Below are positions 1 through 9,749 of a stretch of DNA of 64,000 nucleotides, in pieces (the first letter of the stretch is position 1; every line of letters begins with the position of its first letter). This DNA is from Aureliella sp. GTDB taxonomy: Bacteria > Planctomycetota > Planctomycetia > Pirellulales > Pirellulaceae. A program made the position numbers and the translations under genes. A model generated the notes under the pieces. That model searched no databases, had not been told where the DNA came from, and saw only the letters and a program-made list of their open reading frames with translations. The stretch spans positions 3,200,001-3,264,000 of the forward strand of contig OY829846.1 in assembly GCA_963691875.1 (NCBI GenBank), written 5' to 3'.

Positions 1-1913
1 TTCACCACATTGTCTGTGAACTCGCGTGTTTGCTCGACTATGTTCTTCGTCAGGCTGGTGATCTCGCCCATGAAAGCGTCGCGGTCCAGTCGACCGGCTT
101 CCATTTCTTTCAGCTTGTGCTCCCATTCTCCAGTCATCTGAGGCGACGCAATGGTGGTGATGCCGATTTCTTGCAGTAGTTCGACCAGTGCGAGACCTTT
201 GTTGGATACCACAAAGTCGCGACGATTGGCGTCGTCGCGGAAGATGTACTTGGTATTAATCAAGCCCTCGATGATCGAGGCGCGAGTGGCTGGTGTTCCC
301 AACCCTCGTTCGCTCATCGCATCGCGAAGCTCTTCGTCGTCGACTCGTTTGCCTGCTGTTTCCATGGCGGAAAGCAAAGTACTGTCGTTGTACCGAGCGG
401 GTGGTTTCGTCTCGTTTTCTTTAACTTCGACCGATTCTGTCTGAGCCGTCGCACCATCTTCCACGGCAACCAGCTCTCCCGCTTCAGATGCAACGCCAGG
501 TTTTCTCCCGTAGACTTCTAGCCAGCCAGCCTTGACCAGGATCTTTCCGTCTGTTCGGAAGCTATTGTCTCCGACTCGAGTGATTCGACGTGTTACCTCG
601 TACTCGGCGCTGGGGTAGAAGATTCCGAGGAAGCGTCGCACAACGAGTTCGTAGATCTTCTTCGCGTCCGCATCGAGGCTTGGCGGAGGCGTTTTTCCAG
701 TCGGGATGATTGCAAAGTGATCGCTGACCTTGGATGTATTGAATATTCGCTTGTTCGGCTGCACTCGATCGTTATCGAGAATCCATTTGGAGGAATCAAT
801 GAACAGCTGGCTGAAGGCTTCGTTGGATTTGCCCTTAGCGTAGTTGCCGATCGTTTCCCTGACGGTGTCGACGTAGTCTTCAGGTAGATAACGAGAATCG
901 GTACGTGGATAAGTCAGAAGTTTGTAGCGGTCGTAAAGTGCTTGAGCGAGCTGCAGAGTGCGCCGGGCGGGATAACCATGCTTGCCACTTGCTTCTCGCT
1001 GCAAGCTGGTCAAATCGTAGAGCCGTGGGCAGGCCTCTTTCGTCGGTTTCTTCGTTTCCTCAATCACACCGGTTTGGCCATCACAAGCGGCTTTGACGGC
1101 CTCTGCTTCTTCGAGCGTCCAAATTCGCTCCGCTTTATGGTGCGGATCCTCTTCGTTCTTCTTAAAGTCCTCGCGGAACCAACGACCAGCATACGAACCA
1201 GCGGTTACACCAAAGTCAGCATGGACTTCGTAGTAGGTTCGCGGGACAAAGCTGCGGATCTCGCGCTCACGCTCGGCGAGGATGACTAAAGTTGGAGTCT
1301 GGACACGGCCAGCAGTCGTGACGTTGAAGCCGCCATTTCGCGAGTTAAAAGCAGTGAGAGCTCGAGTCCCGTTCAACCCGATCAGCCAATCACTCTCGCT
1401 TCGGCAAGCAGCTGCAGCCGCCAATGGAAGCATTTCGGAGTCATCTCGCATGTTCTTCCAGGCGTCGACGATCGATCCATCGGTCATCGACTGCATCCAC
1501 ATACGTTTCAGCTCAATTTTCGTTTTGGGCGAAGCAAGCTCGAGCAAGTAGCGGAAAATCAGCTCTCCTTCGCGGCCGGCATCGCATGCATTGACGACTG
1601 TGGTGACATCCTTTTTCTTCAGCAGCCGCTTGAGGAGCTTGAATCGCGATTCGCTTCGTTCAATGGGCTGAAGCTCGAAGCTTTTCGGCAGGATCGGGAG
1701 GTGCTTCATCCCCCAGGGGAGCTTCTTGCCGTTAGGACCTTCCGGCATTTTTAATTCGACTAAGTGGCCGACTGCCGAGGAGATGTAGCCAAAGTCGTTT
1801 TCGAAGTAATCTTTCTTTCGCTCGAATTTGCCAATCTCAGGCAGTTTTCCCAGGACTCGCGACAAATCGGTCGCGACGCTTGGTTTTTCAGCAATGATGA
1901 GCGTTTTGGACAT
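1..1913 (-). CDS. topB: DNA topoisomerase III (type IA); 3' end lies beyond the left window edge
   Basis: I translated the minus strand by hand from ATG at 1913: [22 protein letters not shown] (TOPRIM), [40 protein letters not shown], and the active-site LTYPRTDSR (about 891-920). It is missing from the ORF track because no stop lies inside the window. Confidence 0.93.
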   Translation of the reverse strand, partial: MSKTLIIAEKPSVATDLSRVLGKLPEIGKFERKKDYFENDFGYISSAVGHLVELKMPEGPNGKKLPWGMKHLPILPKSFELQPIERSESRFKLLKRLLKKKDVTTVVNACDAGREGELIFRYLLELASPKTKIELKRMWMQSMTDGSIVDAWKNMRDDSEMLPLAAAAACRSESDWLIGLNGTRALTAFNSRNGGFNVTTAGRVQTPTLVILAEREREIRSFVPRTYYEVHADFGVTAGSYAGRWFREDFKKNEEDPHHKAERIWTLEEAEAVKAACDGQTGVIEETKKPTKEACPRLYDLTSLQREASGKHGYPARRTLQLAQALYDRYKLLTYPRTDSRYLPEDYVDTVRETIGNYAKGKSNEAFSQLFIDSSKWILDNDRVQPNKRIFNTSKVSDHFAIIPTGKTPPPSLDADAKKIYELVVRRFLGIFYPSAEYEVTRRITRVGDNSFRTDGKILVKAGWLEVYGRKPGVASEAGELVAVEDGATAQTESVEVKENETKPPARYNDSTLLSAMETAGKRVDDEELRDAMSERGLGTPATRASIIEGLINTKYIFRDDANRRDFVVSNKGLALVELLQEIGITTIASPQMTGEWEHKLKEMEAGRLDRDAFMGEITSLTKNIVEQTREFTDNVV

Positions 1914-2438
1914 GGATCTAGATAACTTGGGGGACAGCGACAGGGACTTTGCTAATCAGGACAGCTGGAAGGAATACTGACCTGTGGTTTTCGGAGGTGC
2001 TCGTCAAAATAGGCTAGTTAGAAACTATTGAATAGCATTCTGAGCCAGCTTCTCGACAAGACTGAGCAATCGGTACTGTCGGAATCCCAGTGCTCGAATT
2101 AAAACTTGGTGTCCTTTAGGCTACTAATCTCCATATCCGCTGGAAACCTCGTATCTGCAAGAACCGTAATCCTTGGTATCCTTGCACCGCCGGTGGGAAA
2201 GGATCCCGCCGGATTGTGAATAAAAGTGGATAGCTTAGCTGACCCGAGGTGACAAGGGGCTAGCCCCAAATTGGACTGTCCACCAAACCAACAACAAGCA
2301 CCCTAGCACTATCCAAGATTGTCCAAACCCCCATTTGGGCTTTTGAGCGCTCGCGCGGAAGCATAAGTTGGTTCCCCCGGCCAGCCGCAGAGAAAGCGTG
2401 ACTGGCTCGTAAAATGGCTGATTCCAGGAAGAATTAGG

Positions 2439-4946
2439 ATGACAAACCCGTTTGCGACTTTCCGCAAGAACCAGAAAGCGTGGATGGCTGCCCTCGTCAT
2501 GGTAGCCCTTTTTGCTTTTGTTATTGCTCCTCTTTTCGCCTACTTCCGCGATGGCGCGGGCCGTCGAGGCAGTACTGACGTAGCTGTTAAGTGGACGGGT
2601 GGCCGCATGACGGTCGCAGATATCCAGCGAGCGGCAAACCAGAATAGTAATCTCCGCCGATTTATGGCTGAAGTCGCCCGTCGCGTTCTCGAGAACGGCG
2701 GTGAACCGAATGTCCCGTTCTTCGATCGCGACCCTTTTTCGGGCGACATCCGCAACTACGGTATCCTGTTCCCTCAAGACTTGCAGGGTGTGGTCCGGAG
2801 CCGCTTTCTGGCTTCCTATGGCAAAACACTTGGGGTCGCATTTGACGATGCAGCTGTCGACGAGTTCCTAGTTGCTTATGTCGACAACAAACTGACAAGT
2901 GCTCAAGTCGATGAAATTCTGCGTGAGGCTTCCAACGGCCAGATGAGTTATTTCGAGCTGCGTGAAGTACTCAAAACCAATTTGAGCATGATGGTCGTCG
3001 ATCGGCTGGCCACTTCCGGTTTAATCCAAGATGGACAACCCTTGGCTTCTCCTGGAACCCTTTACAACAACTTCTTGAAGGTGAATCAGGCCGCTTCGGT
3101 TCAAGCCTTTCCAGTGTCTGCAGAGAACTACTTGAATCAAGTTGAGGGTTCACCGACAGAAGGTGAAATCGAAGCTTTGTTCACGGTTGGCCGATTCGCC
3201 CCGCCCAACCCCCGATCACCTGATCCAGCCTTTGCTCGAACGTATCGCGCAAAGATCGAGTATGTCGAAATCGACAACTCAAAACTGGTTGAAGCAGAAA
3301 AAGCGAAGCTGACGGAAGAAGACTTGAAGACGGAGTACGATCGCCGCGTCTCCTTGGGGCAACTGCGTGTTCCTGTTGTTCAAGATGTGACGCCTGGAAC
3401 GACGCCTGACGAGCGTCCACCATCGCCGCTAACAACAAAACCTGGCTCAGAGGCCGCGGCCGAAGACACTGCAGAACCTGCTTCTGATGCGGGCGAAGCC
3501 GGAGACAGTGGCACCGAGACTCCTGAGGAAGAGGCTGCGAAAACAGAGGAGACAAAGCCGGAAGCACCGGTGACTACAGAACAAACGCCGACTGGAGAGT
3601 CAGCGGTCGAGGAAAAAACAAAAAGCGAGGGGGCCAGCGAAGAAAGCAAGCCTGAGTCGGGCGATCAGTCTTCGAAGCTTGCTTCAGACGTACGCTTTGT
3701 CTCCTTCACCCAAGAAGAATCGGGGCAGGAAGAGGCTGGCGCAACTCCACAAACTCCGGCCAAAGAAGCTCCAGCGGCTCCCCAAGAGAGTGAAGCTCCT
3801 GCTGCACCACAAGAGGAAGATTTCGGAGAGACAGCCACCGCAGAAATAACTTCAGAGCCCCAGCTGGCTGAAGGAAGTCAAGAACCTCCGGCTGCCACGG
3901 ACAAAACACCTGGCGTAGGAAGCGAAGCACAAGGTAGCACGACTCCTCCTGCTGAGCCAACGATGCGTACACAGACCTTCGAAGAGGCACGTGAGACGAT
4001 CGCGGATCAGTTAGCTCGTGAAAAAGTTCGCTCGGCGACAACTGATGCGATCACGAATCTCCTTGAGAAGGAGATGATGCCGTACTACGAAGAAAAACGC
4101 CAGTACGATGCCTTCATGGAGTCGGGGCTCGCTGAACAGACCGATGAAAAGCGAGAGCCGCCAGTGAAGCCAGACATCAAGAAACTAGCCGAAGCAGCTG
4201 GATTCACCTGGGGTGAAACTGACTTGGTCGATGGTTTCGAATTGGCAAAGATGGATGTGGGTCGTGGTGTCATCGATTTCCAACGCAATGTGACGGTAGT
4301 AGGAGCACTAATGCTTCCTCAGTCCCAGAAGTTTCAGCCGTACGACGCATTCTTCCTCAATCAGACCGATCCCACAGCGGGCTTGAAGCGGTTCCTGGTG
4401 TGGAAGACAGAAGACGCCGATGCCTATGCACCAGAACTCGACGAAGTGCGTGAAGAGGTGATTGAAGCCTGGAAACGCATCAAGGCTCGTGAGCTTGCCA
4501 AGGCGGCGGCAGAAGAGATTACGAAGAAGGTCCGCTCCGACGACGATCCTTGGGCTGTGGCTCTCACGGATGAACAAGCTGAAGAGCTGCTGGTTGAAAC
4601 ATCACCTTTCACCTGGATTAGCGTTAGCCAGGGTGGTTTTTCCACCATTCCTGAGCTCGAACAGGATGTTGGGCAGCAATTTATGCAAGCTGTTTTTGCA
4701 ACTGAGGTTGGTGGCACTGCGGTCGGGCCGAGCGCGAACAACGATATTTATTACGCCATTCGTGTCGAAAATCTCACTCCGACCGAAGATGTACTACGCA
4801 CTCGATTCGGCAATGACAAGCAGAAGACCGCATCGAAGGGACTAGCCTCTGGCGAAGTCCAAGGAATGATCGGAGCTTGGATTGCCAACTTGGAGCGAGA
4901 GCTGAACTTTGAGTGGCAAGAGGCAGCTGGCCAGCTTGGTCAGTAG
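2439..4946 (+). CDS. Membrane-anchored PpiD/SurA-N-like periplasmic chaperone-type protein with a long acidic low-complexity insert
   Basis: 835 aa. N-terminal FRKNQK plus a TM helix (WMAALVMVALFAFVIAPLF). PpiD-like segments include TEEDLKTEY, QTFEEARETIADQL and PELDEVREEVIEAWK. An E/A/P/T-rich stretch covers about 3370-3960. Confidence 0.6.
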   Translation: MTNPFATFRKNQKAWMAALVMVALFAFVIAPLFAYFRDGAGRRGSTDVAVKWTGGRMTVADIQRAANQNSNLRRFMAEVARRVLENGGEPNVPFFDRDPFSGDIRNYGILFPQDLQGVVRSRFLASYGKTLGVAFDDAAVDEFLVAYVDNKLTSAQVDEILREASNGQMSYFELREVLKTNLSMMVVDRLATSGLIQDGQPLASPGTLYNNFLKVNQAASVQAFPVSAENYLNQVEGSPTEGEIEALFTVGRFAPPNPRSPDPAFARTYRAKIEYVEIDNSKLVEAEKAKLTEEDLKTEYDRRVSLGQLRVPVVQDVTPGTTPDERPPSPLTTKPGSEAAAEDTAEPASDAGEAGDSGTETPEEEAAKTEETKPEAPVTTEQTPTGESAVEEKTKSEGASEESKPESGDQSSKLASDVRFVSFTQEESGQEEAGATPQTPAKEAPAAPQESEAPAAPQEEDFGETATAEITSEPQLAEGSQEPPAATDKTPGVGSEAQGSTTPPAEPTMRTQTFEEARETIADQLAREKVRSATTDAITNLLEKEMMPYYEEKRQYDAFMESGLAEQTDEKREPPVKPDIKKLAEAAGFTWGETDLVDGFELAKMDVGRGVIDFQRNVTVVGALMLPQSQKFQPYDAFFLNQTDPTAGLKRFLVWKTEDADAYAPELDEVREEVIEAWKRIKARELAKAAAEEITKKVRSDDDPWAVALTDEQAEELLVETSPFTWISVSQGGFSTIPELEQDVGQQFMQAVFATEVGGTAVGPSANNDIYYAIRVENLTPTEDVLRTRFGNDKQKTASKGLASGEVQGMIGAWIANLERELNFEWQEAAGQLGQ
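3765..3815 (+). repeat. Imperfect tandem duplication encoding EAPAAPQE twice
   Basis: gaagctccagcggctccccaagag (3765-3788) and gaagctcctgctgcaccacaagag (3792-3815). Confidence 0.8.
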
Positions 4947-4984
4947 CCTGCACTGACTTGGTCGAAAATTCAAGGAATACTTCG

Positions 4985-6457
4985 ATGCGGTCAGCAGTAT
5001 TCGGTTTTGTACTTTTCGCAGTCGCCATTTTGGGTGGCGGCTGTTCAGGGCAAGAGCCTCCCTCTAAGACCGCGATATCAGGTCAAACCAAGTTTTCGAA
5101 GTCTCTGCCGTCGGAGGAACCCAGCCCGGCTCCTCTGCTCCAAGCGACCGCAGGACCGGCTATCGATCAGCCTTCCAAGCCGGGCGAAGACTGGCCGGTT
5201 TTTCTTGGTCCTCGCGGTGACAGCACTTCCACGGAAACAGGCGTCGATCCGGCACTTTGGAAGCCTCATCCGCCCATCAAGTGGACTTTGCCCCTCGGCG
5301 TCAGTTACGGGGCTCCCGTTGTAGTCGGCGAAAAGCTCTTGCTGCTCGACCGACATGAAAATGTGGAGCGGCTGAGTTGCTTTCAAACTTCCGATGGCCA
5401 GGAGCTATGGCGCCAAGAGTCGCCCGTCGATTATCGCGACATGTATGGCTACAACAACGGCCCGCGCTGCTGTCCGATCGTTGATGGCGATCGGGTTTAC
5501 ACTTACGGTGTTGCTGGGCAGCTGTCCTGTGTTCGATTTGAAGACGGTGAACTGGTTTGGAGCAAGAACCTGAATCAGGAATATGGCGTCATCCAGAATT
5601 TCTTTGGCGTTGCCAGTGCTCCCTTTGTCTACGGAGACTCGATTCTCGTTATGGTTGGTGGCAGCCCAGCAGACACTGTCGGACGAGTGGACTTTGCTGA
5701 ACCAAATGGCACCGCTATCGTCGCTTTTGACAAAATGTCGGGTAAAGAAAAGTATCGCTTAGGTGACGACTTGGCCAGCTATTCTTCGATGACGGTCCGC
5801 AAGATCGAAGGCAAGGATACGGGGCTTGCTTTCCTGCGTGGTGGCTTGATTGCTTTCGAACCAAAAACCGGAAAACAGCTCTTCGATTTCCCTTGGCGTG
5901 CCGAAATGCTAGAGAGTGTCAACGCGGCGCAGCCTGTAGTCTTTGGCGATCAGATACTGTTGTCGGAGACCTACGAAATAGGAAGCGTCTTACTCAATGT
6001 GCAAGGCGGCAAAGCTCAGGTGCTTCGCAAAGACGAAGGCAATTACCGCGAGCTAACGTTTCGTGCTCACTGGTCGACGCCAGTGTTGATCGACGGTTAC
6101 CTGTATGGGTGCAGTGGGCGGAATCGGCCGGATTGTGATTTCCGCTGCGTGCGGTGGAGCGATGGAGAGGTGCAATGGTTTGCTCGCAAACGCGAGCGGA
6201 GCAGCGTGCTGGTGGTCGATGGCTACTTAATAGTCTTAGGCGAACTCGGCACGCTGGAACTGATTCGCCCAACGACCGAGAAGCTGGATGTAATTGCCTC
6301 GGCTGATTTGAGCCAAGTACTTGCGCCTGGAACGAAGGAGGCGCTTCTTAAGTATCCTTGCTGGGCCGCTCCTGTTCTTGCTCACGGACAACTTTATCTT
6401 CGCGGCCAGAATCGTCTGATTTGCCTCAATCTGATTCCCGCGGAAGAGTCGCCTTAG
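4985..6457 (+). CDS. PQQ-binding-like beta-propeller repeat protein, probable lipoprotein
   Basis: From ATG 4985: MRSAVFGFVLFAVAILGGGC (signal peptide ending in Cys), DWPVFLGPRGD, repeated G-x-x-x-W blades (DGQELW, DGELVW, DGEVQW) and C-terminal WAAPVLAHGQLYLRG, typical of the expanded planctomycete PQQ-repeat family. Confidence 0.85.
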   Translation: MRSAVFGFVLFAVAILGGGCSGQEPPSKTAISGQTKFSKSLPSEEPSPAPLLQATAGPAIDQPSKPGEDWPVFLGPRGDSTSTETGVDPALWKPHPPIKWTLPLGVSYGAPVVVGEKLLLLDRHENVERLSCFQTSDGQELWRQESPVDYRDMYGYNNGPRCCPIVDGDRVYTYGVAGQLSCVRFEDGELVWSKNLNQEYGVIQNFFGVASAPFVYGDSILVMVGGSPADTVGRVDFAEPNGTAIVAFDKMSGKEKYRLGDDLASYSSMTVRKIEGKDTGLAFLRGGLIAFEPKTGKQLFDFPWRAEMLESVNAAQPVVFGDQILLSETYEIGSVLLNVQGGKAQVLRKDEGNYRELTFRAHWSTPVLIDGYLYGCSGRNRPDCDFRCVRWSDGEVQWFARKRERSSVLVVDGYLIVLGELGTLELIRPTTEKLDVIASADLSQVLAPGTKEALLKYPCWAAPVLAHGQLYLRGQNRLICLNLIPAEESP

Positions 6458-6874
6458 TAGGTAAAGGAAGAGCCTGAGTCTATGAAATGAAGCCTTTGAA
6501 CCACAGTCGAGGCCGCAACAAGACCAGCTGGAGCAAGGTCACCCCGAAGATGCCCGGTGGTTCTTTCCTGTCCTTGGATTTGTGGTGCCTGGGATACCCA
6601 TTTGCTAGGAGCTCAGATCGGGTTTAGACAATACGCTGTTTTACGTTCTGCCCGCGATTCCAGTATTTCTTCCGCTTGTTCATCCCGCAGATTCCGTGTT
6701 CGGCAGAGTTCTCCTCGCTTTGGCGACGCTTATTACCGGTAGCCTCAACTTGGTCTTTGTGGACACGTGGTTTTTCGGTTTGGAGGACATTCAGTAGCTT
6801 GTAGCTGTGTAATTTTTTTCATTGCCCAGCGTAAGATATCTCCGATAATGGTCTCCAGAACCAATGGGGGTGAT

Positions 6875-7492
6875 ATGGATCGAGCGGTTAAGTTACGTGC
6901 TTGCCACTGTTGTGGCTTGGTGCATGATGTTGCCGAGCTGCAGCCAGACCAAGAGGCGGAATGCGTTCGCTGCAAGAGCGTGGTCGATTCGGGCATGCGC
7001 AGCGGTCAGCAGAGTTCGGCCCGTTGCTTTGCAGCAGCCATTGGCGGACTGATTCTGTATTTCCCGGCGGTGCTGCTACCGATTCTTGAGATTGAAAAGC
7101 TTGGACATCATCACGCTTCCAGTTTGCTCGGCGGCACGATTGATCTGATTATGCATGGCAGCATTCTCGTCGGAACAGTTGTCCTTGTGTTTTCAATTAT
7201 ACTGCCGCTGGTGAAGTTGCTAGCCTTGCTGGAGCTCAGTTGGATTGGATTGACGCATCGTAAGCAGCGTGCCTGGGTTTATCGCTTGGTGGAGTGGACA
7301 GGACGCTGGAGCATGATGGACGTTCTGCTGCTGGCGCTGCTAGTTGCGCTCGTCAAACTGGGGGATCTCGTCGCATTTCAACTTGGGCCCGCCGTGATCG
7401 CTTTTGTGATGTGTGTGGTGATGAGTATGATTGCTTCGATGATGTTTGACCCTCATGCGATCTGGGAAGAATCCTCTTTCGAGAATAGCTAG
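6875..7492 (+). CDS. pqiA: Paraquat-inducible protein A family membrane protein (single PqiA domain)
   Basis: Zn-ribbon CHCCG...CVRC followed by TM helices with FSIILPLVKL and the hallmark GRWSMMDV. ATG 6875 is preceded by GGGGGTG. Confidence 0.88.
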   Translation: MDRAVKLRACHCCGLVHDVAELQPDQEAECVRCKSVVDSGMRSGQQSSARCFAAAIGGLILYFPAVLLPILEIEKLGHHHASSLLGGTIDLIMHGSILVGTVVLVFSIILPLVKLLALLELSWIGLTHRKQRAWVYRLVEWTGRWSMMDVLLLALLVALVKLGDLVAFQLGPAVIAFVMCVVMSMIASMMFDPHAIWEESSFENS

Positions 7493-7805
7493 ATTCCTAG
7501 TCTTGCGTTCATGCGGAATGGTCTGGCGTCACCGAATGTTCCCTAGACTTAGATTGCTGCCGCCTCATGGCGAAAGTTTCTCGGCCACTGGCTATTGGCC
7601 CATCAGCTAATATGGGAAGAAATGCTCTCGGCTATCACCGTGGGCTCACAGGTGCCTGCCTTGCCACAACGTCTAAGTTAGGCGGAGGGCGAGTCAGCTT
7701 GCTAGTCCAAGTTCGTTTTCACGCAAAATTTCCGTGCGCGAATACACTGCCCATCGCTAGAAGCTTTTCTGGCCGGTCGCCTTAGCGAATTGATAGAGTT
7801 GGTTC

Positions 7806-9590
7806 ATGAGTACCGAAGAACAAATTGCAACACCGCAGAACCACGGCGAAATCCCAAAGGCAGTGGTGCGGAATGCAGAGCAGGTTTCGGCTGGACGGCT
7901 AAGAACTCGGCTGTGGTGGCTGACGCTGCTCTGCGTTGGGCTAGCGGCAGCTTTGGTATTTTCTAGCTATCAGACGCAAGGCACCACGATTGCAATTCAC
8001 TTTGACCAAGGCCACGGTCTGAAAGCGGGCGATACATTGCGTTACCGCGGAATTGATGTCGGCGCGGTACAGTCAGTCAAGATCGCTAAGGATTTGAATG
8101 GAGTCGGCACTCGTATTTTGCTGTCGCCTGGTAATGAAGCCATCGCAGTCGAAGGCAGTCAATTCTGGATTGAGCGACCTCGCTTGCGCTTGGGGCAGAT
8201 CAGCGGCCTGGACACCGTTGTCGGTGCGAAGTACGTCGCGGTGCTTCCAGGTGATCCAGGCAATAAATCAGCTTATAACTTTGAAGGCCTCGAGAATCCT
8301 CTGACAATCGTGGATGGCGATTCGGTCGAGGTTGATGTGCGTTTTCCTGAGGGGCAAGGACTAGCTGTCGGCGATCCCGTGCGGTATCGAGGGATCTCAG
8401 TTGGTGAAGTGACTGAGGTTGCTTTGGAGTCAGATACGGAGGCCGTTCTGGTTCGTTTGCGTTTGGTTGGCGAGGCCAAGCCGTTGGCGCGCTCGGGAAC
8501 TCAATTCTGGATTGAGCGCCCTCGCCTCGACCTGACTGAGGTTCGTGGCTTAGAAACTCTGCTGGGCGGTTTGTACGTTGCGTTGCAACCAACGTCCGCA
8601 GATGGAGAGCCTAGCACTCACTTTGCTGGACTGGCAGCCGCTCCGCCGATCCCATTGCGAGACGGTGCTTTAGAAGTCGAGCTGGACGCGGCGGAACGAA
8701 TGGGCGTCAATCGAGGCGCTCCGATTACTTATCGCGGCTTGGAAGTGGGGCGCGTTTCAAGTGTTGATCTCTCAAGCGATGGAGCGACGGTGAAAATTCG
8801 CGCTATCGTCGAAGCAGAGTACGCCGAGCTCGTCCGAGAGGACTCGCGGTGGTGGGCGAACGGCGGAGTCAAGCTGGATGCAAACCTCGGAGGCGTGACC
8901 ATTGCCATGGATTCAGTAGCAGCTTGGCTACGCGGCGGAATTGCATTTGGCACACCCGAGATGCCTGGAAAACGAGTTGTCACGGGGCATCGATTTGTTT
9001 TGAACCCGGAGCCCTTAGAGGAGTGGCTAGATTGGCAGCCGCGTATCGCGGTCGCGAAGGCTGGGGAATTGGAGTTGCCGCAATGCGTTCGAGTCGTCGC
9101 GAGATGGAAGTCCATGATCGGGCTTTATCGCCACACTGCTGAGACCTGGGGAATTGTCTTGGATAACGGCTACCTCATGGTGCCAACGACATTCGCAGAT
9201 GAAGCAGAAGCCGTTGAACACAAAGTCACACTTGAAATGGCTGGAACGAGTGCGGCGTTAGAATCAAAGAACATCTTGCGGGCTCAACATCTGACTAGAA
9301 TTAGGCTTCCAGCTAAAGCCGCGGTGAAGAAATGGTCCCAAGCCAATTTCGGCATGTGGAATAGCGATAGCGTACTGTTGATTGTTAATCCTGATCTGCC
9401 AGAGCCACTGGCATTAGATGACACGCGAGTTGAACTTCGAACAGGTGTCGGACTGCGGATAGCCAGCGGTGTCCCAATTAGTGATTCTCTTTTGGGTTCA
9501 CCTGTCGTAGATGCGACTACTGGTCGGTTGATTGGCTTGCTGGTCAAGCACGATGGCGATTGGGTGGTGGCTACGGCAAGTCGGGATTGA
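7806..9590 (+). CDS. pqiB: MlaD/PqiB-family protein with three MCE domains and an extra C-terminal domain
   Basis: N-terminal TM, then three MCE motifs (GLKAGDTLRYRGIDVGAV; GLAVGDPVRYRGISVGEV; GVNRGAPITYRGLEVGRV) and SQFW/TQFW...GLDT/GLETLLGG segments. Confidence 0.85.
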   Translation: MSTEEQIATPQNHGEIPKAVVRNAEQVSAGRLRTRLWWLTLLCVGLAAALVFSSYQTQGTTIAIHFDQGHGLKAGDTLRYRGIDVGAVQSVKIAKDLNGVGTRILLSPGNEAIAVEGSQFWIERPRLRLGQISGLDTVVGAKYVAVLPGDPGNKSAYNFEGLENPLTIVDGDSVEVDVRFPEGQGLAVGDPVRYRGISVGEVTEVALESDTEAVLVRLRLVGEAKPLARSGTQFWIERPRLDLTEVRGLETLLGGLYVALQPTSADGEPSTHFAGLAAAPPIPLRDGALEVELDAAERMGVNRGAPITYRGLEVGRVSSVDLSSDGATVKIRAIVEAEYAELVREDSRWWANGGVKLDANLGGVTIAMDSVAAWLRGGIAFGTPEMPGKRVVTGHRFVLNPEPLEEWLDWQPRIAVAKAGELELPQCVRVVARWKSMIGLYRHTAETWGIVLDNGYLMVPTTFADEAEAVEHKVTLEMAGTSAALESKNILRAQHLTRIRLPAKAAVKKWSQANFGMWNSDSVLLIVNPDLPEPLALDDTRVELRTGVGLRIASGVPISDSLLGSPVVDATTGRLIGLLVKHDGDWVVATASRD

Positions 9591-9749
9591 AGCGGCGCGG
9601 GGGCAGACGACATCGCAGGACCAGCTGCTCAGCTCAGCGAGGTACCTGCCGCAGCCAGAGAAAATGTGTTAGAACATGGTCCGCAAAGTGGCTAGTGAAC
9701 CACGATTCTTTGATGATCAAGCTATTACCCCCAGTGGCAGGAGTACTCG

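Noticed and set aside
151..1551. Several short ORFs listed in the track over the first 1.5 kb
   Set aside because: They are shadow frames of the minus-strand topB gene, which has clear family motifs.
2235..2777. 180-aa minus-strand ORF
   Set aside because: It overlaps the 2439 gene antisense and has no recognisable motif.
6458..6870. Possible small ORFs in the spacer before pqiA
   Set aside because: Only short frames without a convincing RBS or motif; not supportable.
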